A stretch of 64,000 nt of DNA from Cyanophora paradoxa CCMP329 (Eukaryota > Plantae > Glaucophyta). Location of the stretch: assembly GCA_004431415.1 (NCBI GenBank), contig QPMI01000163.1:1-64000 (forward strand). Reading direction: 5' to 3'. Positions 24,001 through 35,756 of the stretch are shown piece by piece. Each line of letters begins with the position of its first letter. The stretch's first letter is position 1. The position numbers and the translations under genes are program-made. The notes beneath the pieces are model-generated. The model was not told the DNA's origin. It saw only the letters and a list, made by a program, of their open reading frames with translations, and searched no databases.

Positions 24001-25318
24001 CCGGGGCGGGCCGGGGGAGGGGCACGCCGGGGCCGGGGCGGGGCCGGGGAGGGGCGGGCGGGGGGAGAGGCGGGGCTGGGGAGGGGCGGGGCCGGGGGAG
24101 GGGCGGGGCCGGGGGAGGCGAAGGGCGGGGGCGGGCCCTCCGAAGAGGGGCTGGGAGAGGGGAAGGAGGTCCACGTCCTCTCTTCCCCCCGAAGAGGGCA
24201 CTCCGGGGGTAGGGAGGTCCGCCTCCTCTCTCCGGGGGTCAGCATGCTGCGGAGACGGGCATAAGACACCGAAAACCAGCGATCGCTTGGCCAATGAGAA
24301 GGCTGTGGACGTCAAGCCCGCGGCGACCGTTAGAACTGAGAACACAGAAGCGATCGCCGGCCCAGCAGCTCTTTGTTAGAGATCGGATCCGCTGGGTATG
24401 GCGCCGAACACAAAGCGATCGCCGAGCAATGAGAAGGCTCTATGCGCGGGCAGAGATGTAGCGATCGCATTGAATAGAGAATCTCTATGCGAGCATGCCC
24501 ACAGCGCTACGGGAGGCGGGCACGCACTGCAGGCGTTGGCGTTGGCTGGTGCGACGAACTTGAAGCAGCTCCTGCGCAAGCGATCGCCGGTCAGAGAGCC
24601 TTCTCATCGCTTCGGCGATCGCTAGGCCCTGGTACGAGTACTCCGGGCGATCGCTAGCGCGAACCGTCGGACGACGGACGCGGCGCGGCGATCGCTTGAA
24701 AAAGGCCCCGGCCCGATCCGAGCCCATGGCCGGCGGGCATAGTGAACATAGTGCCAAAACGTCGCCCCGAAATCACGGTTTTTAGAAGGATCGGAAGAAA
24801 GCGCGCCCAGGCAGGTCCGAGGGGCGGTTCCGGGACGGACCTACTGGCTCAGAGCTGCTTGCGCTGGGCCCGCCGGGCGACGCCATAGTTGAGAGCTCGA
24901 GTCCCTGCGTGCCGCCTTACAGCTGCCGAGGATGGGGCGACGGCTGCAGAATTCGAAGATGAGTACCTCGGACAAGCGAAAGCGTGTAGCTAGCGCGCCG
25001 CCGGCGCCGCGGGTGTGGGCTGCCGCGGGATCGCATTGAATAGAGAATCTCTATGCGAGCATGCCCACAGCGCTACGGGAGGCGGGCACGCACTGCAGGC
25101 GTTGGCGTTGGCTGGTGCGACGAACTTGAAGCAGCTCCTGCGCAAGCGATCGCCGGTCAGATGCGCGGGGCAGAGATGTAGCGATCGCATTGAATAGAGA
25201 ATCTCTATGCGAGCATGCCCACAGCGCTACGGGAGGCGGGCACGCACTGCAGGCGTTGGCGTTGGCTGGTGCGACGAACTTGAAGCAGCTCCTGCGCAAG
25301 CGATCGCCGGTCAGACTC
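9004..25318. mobile_element. Head-to-tail array of a ~3.13-kb non-autonomous, TA-flanked TIR DNA element (units start 9004, 12130, 15260, 18388, 21504; partial unit 24596-25015; extra terminal modules 25029-25318)
   Basis: Left end GAGCCTTCTCATCGCTTCGGCGATCGCT (9004-9031) is the inverse of AGCGATCGCCGAGCAATGAGAAGGCTC (11944-11970); TA on both outer sides (9002-3, 25319-20); repeated subterminal GCGATCGC; no transposase ORF seen. Confidence 0.85.
10185..11720 (-). pseudogene. TCF25: Captured, intron-containing internal fragment of TCF25/Rqc1; repeated in each full unit (~13310-14840, 16440-17970, 19570-21080, 22680-24185)
   Basis: YSGELDAATELLDRALYCLEAAW|HPQFKPASGACRLDFAVMENK|..VFRRLQMLIRGGCSRTSL|ETAKLLLALDPDSDLMGVLQCIDYFALRAR|EYKFLLEL..LLRQAVLMYPGAVRPLL follows the TCF25 motif series; no start, frame broken after ENK. 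Confidence 0.85.
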
Positions 25319-25909
25319 TACGGTAAACAGCGCCTATTAAATTGGGTAAGTTGAGTGCAGCTTGAGCTTTCATGCTGGAGTGACGCGATGTTCAGACGTT
25401 TTTTTGCAGGCGCGCGCGTACCGGTACCGCGGCGTACGTACGTCTCGGAAGATGAAATTAAACAGCTAGAGCCTATATGATATATATAGTTATAGCTATA
25501 GCTAGAGCTTAAAATTAAATCTTGCGTGCATATATATACAATAATTATATACTTAAAGGCGCTTTTTATAATTGATTCGTGCGTTTTTAATTCAAAGAAA
25601 ATTCGGTCGGAAATCTGACCTTTTCAGACCTTTCGGGTTCGCACGTGCTAGTAATAGCTACCAGGTACCGGTGAAGCTTTCAAGTTTCCGGATCACGATC
25701 GCGATCGCCGAGTCGAGCGCGATCGCGAGCGTTAACCGTTAGATCGGAGACTGCAGCCTCGTGCACGATCATGATGACAGCAGCAGCGGACTCGTGCACG
25801 ATCAGCCTGCAGCCTGCAGGCTGCAGGCCGCAGTGCAGGCTAGCGCTATAGCGGCGCCCTCGTGCATGATCATGATCATGATCACTGCAGCGGACGCTAT
25901 CTTAGCTAG

Positions 25910-28900
25910 CTAGACGAGGAAGGTGCGGACGCCGGGCGGGGGCGCGTCGGGCGGCTCCTCGGGGGCGTGCCGCTGCAGCTCGAGCAGCGCCGCCGTCTGC
26001 TCGAGCAGCGTCACTGCGTCCCTCGCCCTCCCCTTGGCCCCGGCGGCGGGGGTGGCGCCCCGCCGTCGGCTTGAGCAGCTCGACCTCGGGCGCTGCGCGC
26101 TCCTGCTCGGGCCGCTCGCGACGCTCGGGCGCGCGCGGGGCGCCCTGCTTGGCGGGGAGCTTGAGCTTGGAGACCGTGGGGCGCGCGGTGCGGGCGCCCC
26201 CGCCGGCGTGGCCGCGCCTCAGGGCGCGGTAGAGGTCCTCGGCGCGGGCCTGGGGCGCGGCAGGCGTGAGGCGCGCGGGGCGGGGCGGGGCGGGGCGGCG
26301 GGGCGCGGGGGCGGGCCTCCCAGACGCTCGTGATGCCTTTGGAGACGGCGCTCGCCATCTCCACGATCTGCGCCCCCGCCGGGTCACACCGGCCGCCCCG
26401 CCCCGGCGTCCCGCACCGCGCACCTTGGCGGTAACGGAGGAGCGGCGGGGCGGGGCGGCGGCCGGTGGCGGGGCTCGGGGAGCCACCCTCGCTCCCTCGC
26501 TTCGTGCCGTCGAGCGCCCCGAGCGCGCCGTCGAGCGGCCGGTGCGGGCCGTCGGCGGCCCCGAGGCGGCCCCGAGCGCGCGAGGGGATCTCGACGCTGA
26601 GGCGCAGCGAGTGGCGCCGCCCGCCGGCTCCTCGCTGCGGCTGCGCCGGCGCTGCAGCAGGGCGCTCCCGCCGCCTCCCCATCGCCGCCCTCTGGCTCCT
26701 CGGCGGCGATACTGACGCGGCGGCGGCCGTGCGGCTGGCCGGCGAGCTCGGGGGCGCCCAGGGGCAGAGGGTGCGCCACCGAGGAGCGCCGGGGGGGCGC
26801 TGGGCGTGGGGGAGCCCTCGGGGAGGCCGAGCCGGCGTTCGCGGCGAGGAGGCTCGCGCGGCGAAAGGTGCGCCCCGCGGGCCGTGCAGCGCGTCCGCCG
26901 AGCGCTCCCGCTTGCGCCGCTCCTTCGCCACCAGCCGCGCCAGGCCGGCCCCGCGCCGCGCCCACCGCCCCGCCCCTCCTCCTCCTCCTCCTCGCTCTCG
27001 CTCTCGCTCTCCGCCGCTGCCGTCACCGCCGGCGCCAGCGCACGCCACAGCGCTGCCCGCTCCGCCGCCGCCGCCTCCGCCACTCGCCGCCCTCGGCCGC
27101 CGCCGCCTCCGCAGCGGCGGCGGCGGCGGCGGCCTTTGCCTTGGCGTCGGCCTCGGCTGCGGCGGCGTCGGCGGCGCGCTCGGCGTTGGCGGCTCGGTAG
27201 AGGCGCGTCGCGGAAAGGAGGCGGGAGGCGAGGAGGAGGGCGGGACCGGCCCCGCGAGCCCCCGCACCGCCCCGAGCAGCGCCGGCGCCCCAACGGGGGC
27301 CGGGCGGCCTCAGGGGCGGCGGGGGTGGGGAGGCCGCGCGGGCGGCGTCGAAGGCGGCTGCGAGGAAGAGGCCGACGTCGCGCACGTCCTCCTCGGGCCG
27401 CGGGCCCGCCCGCCGCCCCGCCGCCCCTCCGCGAACCACCGGCACACGAGCAGCACGTGCCAGAGCTCCCCCAGCAGCGGGCCCGGGCCCGTCGCCCACT
27501 CCGCCTGCTCCGCCGCCGCCGCCATGCGCGCCGCGATCGCCGTCTCGCTCGTGTGGCGGAGGCCGAGGGTGAGGGGCGGGGCGGGGGCGGCAGCGTGTGG
27601 AGCGGGGCGCGGGTGGCGAGGCGGAGGGACTCGACGAGGCGGGCGGCGGCGGGGGCGAGGCGCTCGGCGGCCTCGCGGGCGCGCTGCGGGAGGTTTGCCG
27701 CCGCGCGCCACTGCCGCTCCAGCGCCGCCACCTGCGCCCGCTCCTCCGCCCCCTGCCCGTGCCCTCCTCCTCCTTCTCCGTCTCCTTGGCCGCCGGCGCG
27801 GCGCCCCCCTCGAGGGCTCGGGCCCCGCGGGGCGCGCCAAGTGCACGTAGGCGAGGCTCGGCGCCGACGCCGCCGGGCGCAGCGCGCGGGAGGAGGAGGC
27901 CGCCGCCGCCGGCCCCCGCCGCCCCGGCGAGCTGCGGGCGGACGGGGCGGCAGCGAGGCCCCGGGCGGGAGTCACGGGCGGGCGCCCGCTGCAAGAGGTC
28001 GTGAGCGCACGAGGGCGTGCGGGGCGGGACGGCCGCACTGTGGGGGGGCGAGGGAGGTGCCCGAGGCGGAGCGGGGCGGGCGGCGCGCGGCGTCGGGCCC
28101 CGGGAAAAGATGAGCAGGGGCGGGGCGGGATCCGCGTCGGCGGGGGCGCCCCGGGCGGGAGGCAGCCGCCGCGCTCGAGGACGGCCGCCGCGCCGCCGGC
28201 CCGCGCCAGCAGCTGCGCCCGCCCCGACTGCCGCCCCGTCCCCGCCGAGAGCGGCCGTATCACCGGCCCCGGCGCCGGCGGGCGAGGGCTGGCCGCGCGA
28301 CGGCGCTGCCGGGGCGGTTCGTTCGGGGGCACTCCCCGGCGGTGCGTGCCGGCGGACCGGGCCGGGCGGAGGAGGGGCGGTAGAGGGGTGCCGGGGCGCG
28401 GGGGCGAGCGGGGCGGGAGCTGGGCGGGGTGGCCGCGAGGGAGGCGGCGAGGGTGGCGGGGGGCCGGCCCTTGGCGGGGGCGCGATGGCGGGCGGGAGGG
28501 GCAGCTTCAGCTTGAAGCCGGCGGCCGCTGCGGGGCGCGTGAGGGGCGCGGGGCGGCGGGGCGGGCGGGGGCGGCAGGCGGCACCGGATGCGACCTTCTG
28601 GCCGGGGAGGGCGTGCGGCCCGAGAGGCGACGGGGCCTCCCCCGCCACGGCGCCCCGGCCCTGCCGCCCCCATGCCGTCAGAGAGCGGGCGACGGGATCA
28701 GGGAAGCGGGGGCGCACAGAAGCAGCGGAGCGGGGTGCCGGCGGGAGCGCTCCCCGGGGAGCGGGGCGCTGGGGGCCGGTGTTGCGGCGAGGCGGTCGGC
28801 GGCGGCGGCGAGGAGGCGGAGGCGGGCGGGGTCGGGCGCTGCGCCGGCCCCGCCACAAGGGAGGCGCGCTTGGAGGCGACGCGGCTGAGGCCCCGGCTCG

Positions 28901-29984
28901 GGCCCTCCGCCCCTCCTTCGGCGAGGCCTCCCCCGCGGCGCCGGCGGCGGCGGGGCGGGGCGGGGCGGCGGCGCGGGCGCGGGCGGCCTCCTTCAGGCGG
29001 CGCCGCAGGACGGTGGCGGCCTCGCCGGCGGCGACCTCTGCGGGGCGGGGGCGTGAGGGGCGGGGCCGGGGAGGCGCGAGGGGGCGGGGCGGGGCGGGGC
29101 GGACCCTCGAGGGCGCGGTAGCGGAGGCGGCGGCGGGTGCCGCGGGGCCCGACCTCGAGGTACGTGATCCGCTCGAAGACGATCTCGAGGACGCGCGCGT
29201 ACTCCCCCGCCGTCACCTCCCCGGCCCAGGCGTCCGCCATCTCGAAGAGGCTCAGGCGGAAGCGGTCGGCGTTGAGCTCATCGTGCGCCCCGCTGTCCAG
29301 CTCCCAGTCCTCCTCGGCCACCGCCGCCGCCCGCGCCGCGTCGAAGTGCCTGCACGCCTGGTCAGCGAGGCCCCGAACTTTCAGAACACAACCGAGCGCG
29401 CTTGTTCAGCGCCTTGTAAAGCAGGTTATGGAACTTGAGGTACTCCGCCTTGCTCACGCGCCCCAGCCCCTCCTCGTCCGTCACGCGCCAGAACCGGCTC
29501 AGGATGCCGGCGATGCCCGGATCAAATCTGATCGACTCGCGGAGGAGCAGGTCCTTCTGCGTATAGACCCACTCGGAGCGCTGCCGGCCCCGTTCGTAGT
29601 AGCGCCGCAGCTCCTCCAGCAGCGTCGGCAGCTGCGGCGCCCCGTCGTGAGCCCCGGCCCGCCCCGCCGCACACTCCAGGCGAGAGGCGCGCCTCCTTCC
29701 CAGGCTCCGCGGGCAGGCTCCGCGCCCGCCGCCGCGGCTTCCGCGCGCCATCCCTTGTCCTGGCCGAGCGCGGCGCCGCCGCCTCCACGAGCCGATTGAG
29801 GTCCTTCTCCGACGCGCTCCGCTGCAGCGGGTGGTACCTGCAACGCCGCCCTCAGCCCCGGCCCGGGGGGGCCGGGGCGAGCGCAGACGCACCGGCTAAA
29901 GGAGAAGTTCTGCGACCGCAGCCGAGCGAGGAGGCGGATGTCCTGCTTTCCCAGCGAGCCGAGGGAAAACCGCCGCAGCGTCAT
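25910..29984 (-). CDS. EF-hand-like protein, duplicate copy 2 (apparent frameshifts)
   Basis: Near-identical to 3037-7137; many single-base losses in G/C runs (error or decay). Confidence 0.6.
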
Positions 29985-30428
29985 GGCGGCAAGCTAGCAA
30001 GCAGATCTAGAATGAATTGCAGTCGTTGACTGAGGCCAATAGCGCTACTGGACGCATGGTTGGGAAGCAGACATGCGGCCCGCTGAACTCAAGTCTCAAG
30101 GGGCCGGCTCAGGTCAACAAGCTTAGCTATGGCCAAATCTCGTCAAGGAAGTGCAAGGCTGGCGCCCGGTGCTATCGCTGCTCCTCAAACTGCGAACGAA
30201 GCTGCTCTTCGGGCTGGGGTACCGCACGGCGCAGCTCAGCTGTTTGTTGTTTAGTCTTCGATTCAGCGCAGCTAGGCCGCAGCTAGACGCGTCGCAGGCC
30301 GTGTCACGATGCAGCATAGCCCCGACACGTGCGCCGCATTCGCCGGCGTCGGCGCGCTGAACCCGGCACGCGCGCCGACGAGCTCCGAGCCTGCGCCGCG
30401 ATCCATCTGCAGCGTCGCTCCACGCGCC

Positions 30429-31445
30429 ATGGCCAGCGCGGCACCGTCAGCAGCGCGGGGTTTCATCGCCTGCGGGTCGCGCCGCGAGTCGCGCCGCGAG
30501 TCGTGCGGCCCGTACGAGTACCGACCCGTTTCCAATGGTGGCATCAAGAGCGGTCGAGCACCCGCCGGTCGTGTCGCTGCGGGCAAGAAGCGGCGGCGAC
30601 GGGGCGCTGCAGGGCGGGTCCGGCGCCGGGCCAAGCGGCGTGCCGGACGCGCTGCGGGAAGTGGTGGAAGTCAGCGACGAGGAGGGTTTCCGCCTGGGGC
30701 TCGCCCCGCTGCCGTGCACGGTCGAGCGGGAGGTGCCCGCCCAGGCGCTCGCCCCGGAGCTTGGCGCGGAGGCGCGCTTCGTGCTGCTGCGGCCCGTCTC
30801 GCGGGTCGCCGAGGTCTACGCCCTCCTCGGGGCGACGAGGGCGACGCCGAGCTCGTCGACGGTCCGCCCCGCCCACCCTGCCCCCTGCCCCTGCCCCTGC
30901 CTGGCCGCGCCGGCCGACGCAGGGGGCGGCAGTGGCGGACGAGCTGATGGGCGAGATCGCGCCGCTGGCGAACGCCGTCCTCTGGGCGCGTCACGGCGCC
31001 CGCTTCGCCCGCACCGCCATCGTCCCCACCATCCTCGGCCCGCCCCCGCGCCCCGCCCGGCCCCGCGCAGCGTCGCGAACTGCGGCAGCTGAGGCGGGGG
31101 GGCGCAGGGCGGCTGGGGCGCGGGGCGGGGGGCCGGGTGCTGGCGGAGGGCGGGGCGGGGGACGGGGAGGAGCACGCGCACGTGGCGAGCTTCGAGCACT
31201 CCGTCTCCGGCGTGCACGTGGCGCGTCCCCTGCCGGGCCGAGCCGGCGGCTGCGGGGCTAATTACGAGCAGCCGGGGGACGATGGCCAGCCGATGGAGGT
31301 CCACGTCCTCGCGCCCCTCGCCGCCCCCTGGCTCTACGGCGCCCGGCCCCGCCCCGGCGGCCCCGTCCGCCTCCTCAGCCCCGCCGAGTACCGCGCCCAC
31401 GGCCCCGCCCTCGAGGCGCACCTCTTTCCCCCGCCGGACGCCTGA
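30429..31445 (+). CDS. DUF3727-family plastid protein, duplicate copy 2 (three 1-bp homopolymer deletions)
   Basis: Near-identical to 7582-8601; deletions near 30470, 30630 and 30830. Confidence 0.6.
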
Positions 31446-31613
31446 GGCCTGGCCGGGGGGCCTCGGAGGGCCCCGCGCCTGCCCCAACGCCTCACCGCCA
31501 CCCCCATGGCCCGCTGCAGCTGAGCGTCGCGTCACTCCGGCATGGACCCCCAAGCGCTTCCAACAGCGCCAACGAATTCGGGTAAAGCGGTCCGTTTTTT
31601 TCCGGAGTGTCCG

Positions 31614-32001
31614 ATCGCGAGGGGGGGGTTGACCGGACCTCGCAAGGCTTGAAGTCGGAGCCCTTCAAGCCTTCCCGAATCCCCGCTTCCAACGCCTCAA
31701 CGCCTCAACGCCTCCCCAGCTGCAGCCTTGCGTTTGCGCTCGCGGAAAGCATCCTTCCCTCGGCCTCGGTCCTCGGGTCCTGCTGCAGCCGCGGCCGCTC
31801 CTCGCCGGTGCGCCCCGCCCGGCACCGAAACGGCCGAAGATGCGAGCATGCGAGCGCGCGTTTTGCAACGCCCGTTATCCGCCCCCGCGGGAGGCCCTCT
31901 TACGCTTCTCTTCCTCCCTCCGCTGCAGATCTCGGCCCCGCGCAAGGGAGCACGTCCGGGATCCAACTGACGAGACCTCCGAAGTGGACTCGCACGAGGA
32001 C
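31614..32001. repeat. Repeat R, inverted and diverged copy
   Basis: Reverse complement of 2034-2438 with substitutions and indels; 3x rather than 4x 8-mer; same hairpin. Confidence 0.85.
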
Positions 32002-33128
32002 TCCAGATCTGCAGCTGCATACGCGGCTCTATAGCTAGCTATAGCCGCTGAGCTATAGATCTCGGCCCGGAATGTTGATCATACAATCATCGAATTCGCC
32101 ATATGGCATGCCCATGCTCATGCTGCGCCGCTCATGCGGGGCCCCGCGCCAGCGCCGACGTCGACGTTGGACACTAATCATGATCATGATCATCGGATCA
32201 CAATCAAGATCCGATGACTTATGATCAGTGATGATCATGAGTGACGAGCTCCGAGGCTCCCCCGACCCCTCCGAGGCTCGCTCGGCGATGCCCGGCCCAT
32301 AGCTCTTCACGTGCACTGAGCCTCGGAGTTCAAGGCCTCTTCAAGGCCCTGAGGCCCGGCGGCCTGAGGCTTGATCTCGAAGTCCGGCGGCCTTTAACTA
32401 GTAAGCCCTTGAAGGCTTGATCATGATCGATATCATGAAGCCTTGAAGCCTTGAAGCCCCGCGACCAGAGCCCGTGTTCCGGTGAACTTTAAAGCCTTGA
32501 AGCCTCACTGCTCAGGGCCGCCGGTCCTGATTGGCATCCGAGCCTCGGAACTCGCCGGGAGCTCGCGATCGGTGCATTCAAAATGATTTAAACTTTGAAA
32601 GCTTGAAGCCTTTCAAGTTTGGAGCCGCTGCCAGGCTGATCATGAGCCCCGTACGTCCCGCCCGGACCATCATGGCATCATGGCCGGGCATCGTGATATG
32701 CGCCGCGCGGCGCGCGACTCCATTATAATTATGAAACTTGAAATTTCCGCTTGATTGAAAGCTCGCCGCGAGTCGAATGACAGCTGCATGCGCAGGTCAC
32801 CGGGTAAAAGCTACGGCTGACTTCGAAATGCGTCGCGATCGGTGCCATGGCGAGCATTTGGATTCTGAATTCACCGCGACAACGTGAACGAGTCTCTACT
32901 ATGTATTGTGGGGCAATCCAAGCCCTGGAGGAGCACGGGGGTGAGAGTGAAAGGGCAAACGGTCGGCGAAGGGGTGAAGGCAGGGAGGACGGAGGCGCTG
33001 AGCAGGGGGCGATCGCGAGCAAGGAGGGGGAGAGGGGCGGGGCGACGCGGGGCGGGGCGGGGCGAGGGCCGAGTGGGGGGATGGGGAGGGGGCCGGGGAG
33101 GAGGTGGCGGTGGAGCCGAGGGGAGGGG

Positions 33129-35515
33129 TCAGTGGCGCCCTATGCTCTTCGCGTACCTGCGCCGCCGCGCGTGAGGGCCGAGGGCGGGCGGGGGCGGCGG
33201 GGCGCGGGGCCGGCGCACTCGATGCGGATGCCGCCGCGGTCGGAGCTGGGGAGCTCGAAGCCCTGCAGCAGCGACATCGCCTGCGCGCTGCACGCCGCGT
33301 CCTGCGCCACGTCAGCGCTCGCCCCCGCGCCCCCGCACGCCCCGCCCCCACTCCTCCTCGAGACGCGCTCTCAGGCGCCCGTGCAGGGGCGGCGGGGCCG
33401 GCGGGGGCGGGGGCGGGGGCGGGGGCGCCGACCTGGAACTCGACGAAGGCGAAGCTCTGGGCGCCGCGGGCGGTGAAGCGGAGGCCGCGGTAGCCGTAGC
33501 ACCGCTCGAAGAGCTTCCGCACGTCCTCCTCCGTCGTCCGCGACCCCACGTTCGCCACGAACAGCGACGGGCCCGCCCCCGGCTGCCCCCCCGGCCCCCC
33601 CGCAGCCCCGCGCCCTCCCCCGCCGCCCATCGCGGGACCCATCCCCGCCCCGCTGCCCATGCCGAGCGGGGCCCCTCCCAAGCCGCCGCCCCGCCGAAGC
33701 CGCCGCCGCCGGGAGCTGGGGGGCGCCCCATAGGCGGGGGCCTGCTGGGCGGGAGCGCCCCCGGGACCACGGGGGCGGCCTGCGGCGGTTGCAGGCCGGC
33801 GGCCGGCTGCTGAAGGGCCGCTGCCAGGATCGCCGCCGCCGCGCTGGGCCCGCCGGCTGCCCGGCCAGCCCGCCCTGCAGCTGCTGCGGGCCCCCGCCTC
33901 AGCGCGGGCGCGGAAGAGGGCTTGGGGTGGGGGACCTTGAGGAGGTCGCCCTGGGGGCCCCCGACGGCGCCCCTGCCGCGCGGTGGGCGAGCGAGGTCAC
34001 GCGGGGCGGGGAGGGGCGGGCGGGCGGGGCGGGCACGCACGGGCCTGCTGGAGGGCGGCGAGCTGAGAGAGGAGCTGCAGCACCTGCACGCCCGCCGCCG
34101 CGCCCTGCCCGACGTCAGCTGGACGCTCCGGCGGGCGCAGGCGGGCGGGGCCGCGCGGGGCCGCACCGCCGGCTGCGCGGCCTGCTGCACGCCGGCGAGG
34201 GTCTGGAGCAGCGTCCCCAGCGGGTCGGCCGCCGCCGGGGCGCCGCCCAGGCCCAGCTGCCCCGGGGCGGCCCCGAAGCCCCGAGGGCGCCGCCGAGGCC
34301 GAGCGCCGGCCCGAGCTGCGCCCCGAGGGGGACTGCGCGAGGGCCCCGCCATGGGCGCGCCCCAGGCTGCCCCCGCCGAGCCCATCCCCATCCCCGCCCC
34401 GCCCCCTGCCGCCGCGTCGCCGGGCGGGCCTTGGCGGGCGGGGGGGGGCGTGCGGGGGCGTGGGGGCACCTTGGAGGGCGCCGGCCATGGCAGCGGCGAG
34501 GCTCTGCACGGAGCTCATCCCGCCCGCCCCGAGGCCCGCCGCGCCCGAAGAGGGCCCCGGCCCCCGGCGCCCCGCCCGGCGGGCCCCAGCCCCTGCTGCT
34601 CGCCGGCGGGGGGCCACCTGCGCGCGCCCGGCGTGCGACTCAGCGGAGGGCGCACCGCCGCGGGCGTGCACGAGTGCGGGGCGTGAGGGCCCAGGCCGGG
34701 AGCGCGGCGTGTCCCAAGCCGTGGGGCACCGGGAGGCGTGCAAAGCCTCTTGAAAGGGAGGGGTGCAAAGGCCCCGGGGAAAGGGATGGCGCAGAGGCAC
34801 TGACCACTGCCGCGGCCCGGCTCGTTTGGTCGCCGAATAGCGCCCTGGTTGGCCTGCCCGGTGCGTGCAAGCGGCGTCGGCGCGCGCCGGCGTGCAATGC
34901 AGCGTGAGACAGGGACCTTGGCAAGCTCAATCTTCAGCTTCAGTGACGAGTGGGGATCAAAGTGCAGTCCCTGAAATGCGCGTCCCGATGCGAGGTGAGC
35001 AGGAGGTGGCGGCAGACGGACGGTGTTGGCGGCAGCGATGGACGGCATGCCGCACAGTGTTCCGCGGGCAATGGTGCGGGAATGGGGCACGCAGCCCGCT
35101 CTGCAGCTAGACACGAGTCTTCGATTGGACAGACTCGGCTACACACCTGGGCCCGATCTCGCGCCTCGATTGCTGCCTGATGAGTCTCGAACGAAACGAA
35201 CGCGATGGGCTGCAGGATGCGCGCGCGCAAGGCTCGAGTGAGGGCGATGCGCGAAAGGCAACTGCCGCTCGCACCTTCCCGGCGAAGTTGACGACACTGT
35301 CCGTGTATCCATCGAACTGCCGGAAGAACAGATACACTGCGGAGGCCAGTTAGCACCAACCACGGTGCGGGGAGAGCGCTGCGAACCCTCGCGTGCTCGA
35401 ACATCTTCCGGCAAACCCGACACGTACTGCGCCGCCGGCTTTGAGCAGGCAAAAACGAAGAGAACCGTACAGGAAACCGCACCAGCGTCCGGATATCACG
35501 CTCGTCCTCCCGCAT
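33129..35515 (-). CDS. Two-RRM RNA-binding protein (RBPMS/Cpo/Mec-8/Scw1-like), spliced
   Basis: RRM1 IRTL|YVSGLPEDVRARE|VYLFFRQFDGY..|PIAFVSFETHQAAIEARDRAQ|GLHFDPHSSLKLKIELAK; RRM2 SLFVANVG..FAFVEFQ|..AMSLLQGFELPSSDRGGIRIE|YAKS. Confidence 0.88.
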
Positions 35516-35756
35516 TCTGCTGTTGCGCTCGACCTTCGGGGGTAGAGAGAGCTTTCTTGGGGGTAGACTCGCAAGTCTCCTCTCGGCGACCGTTCGTATA
35601 CGCGGGTCACGGCTTAGCTCCGGCCCAGCTATAGCTAGCGCAATCGCTGTGCCGCAATCGCTAGCGCAGTGCTGTGAACAATTGGCCATAGTATTATCTG
35701 CAATTGCGAGTTCCTGATTGGCGGGACCGGCGCTGTTAAGAGTGGCGGGGCCGGCG

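Larger units (their letters stand above)
8728..31567. repeat. Tandem segmental duplication, copy 2, interrupted by the 16.3-kb element array
   Basis: 8728-9003 matches 2176-2453; 25319-31567 matches 2455-8723. Confidence 0.93.

Noticed and set aside
9004-25318. Canonical Helitron
   Set aside because: The minus strand could start TC at the internal junctions, but there is no CTRR 3' end or A|T target, and TIR, TA flanks and footprint favour cut-and-paste; a Helitron2-like variant is not fully excluded
2025-32010. Single 30-kb MULE with R as TIRs
   Set aside because: Flanks (ttccatcct vs tccagatct) are not a clean 8-10-bp TSD, arms are diverged and no transposase is seen
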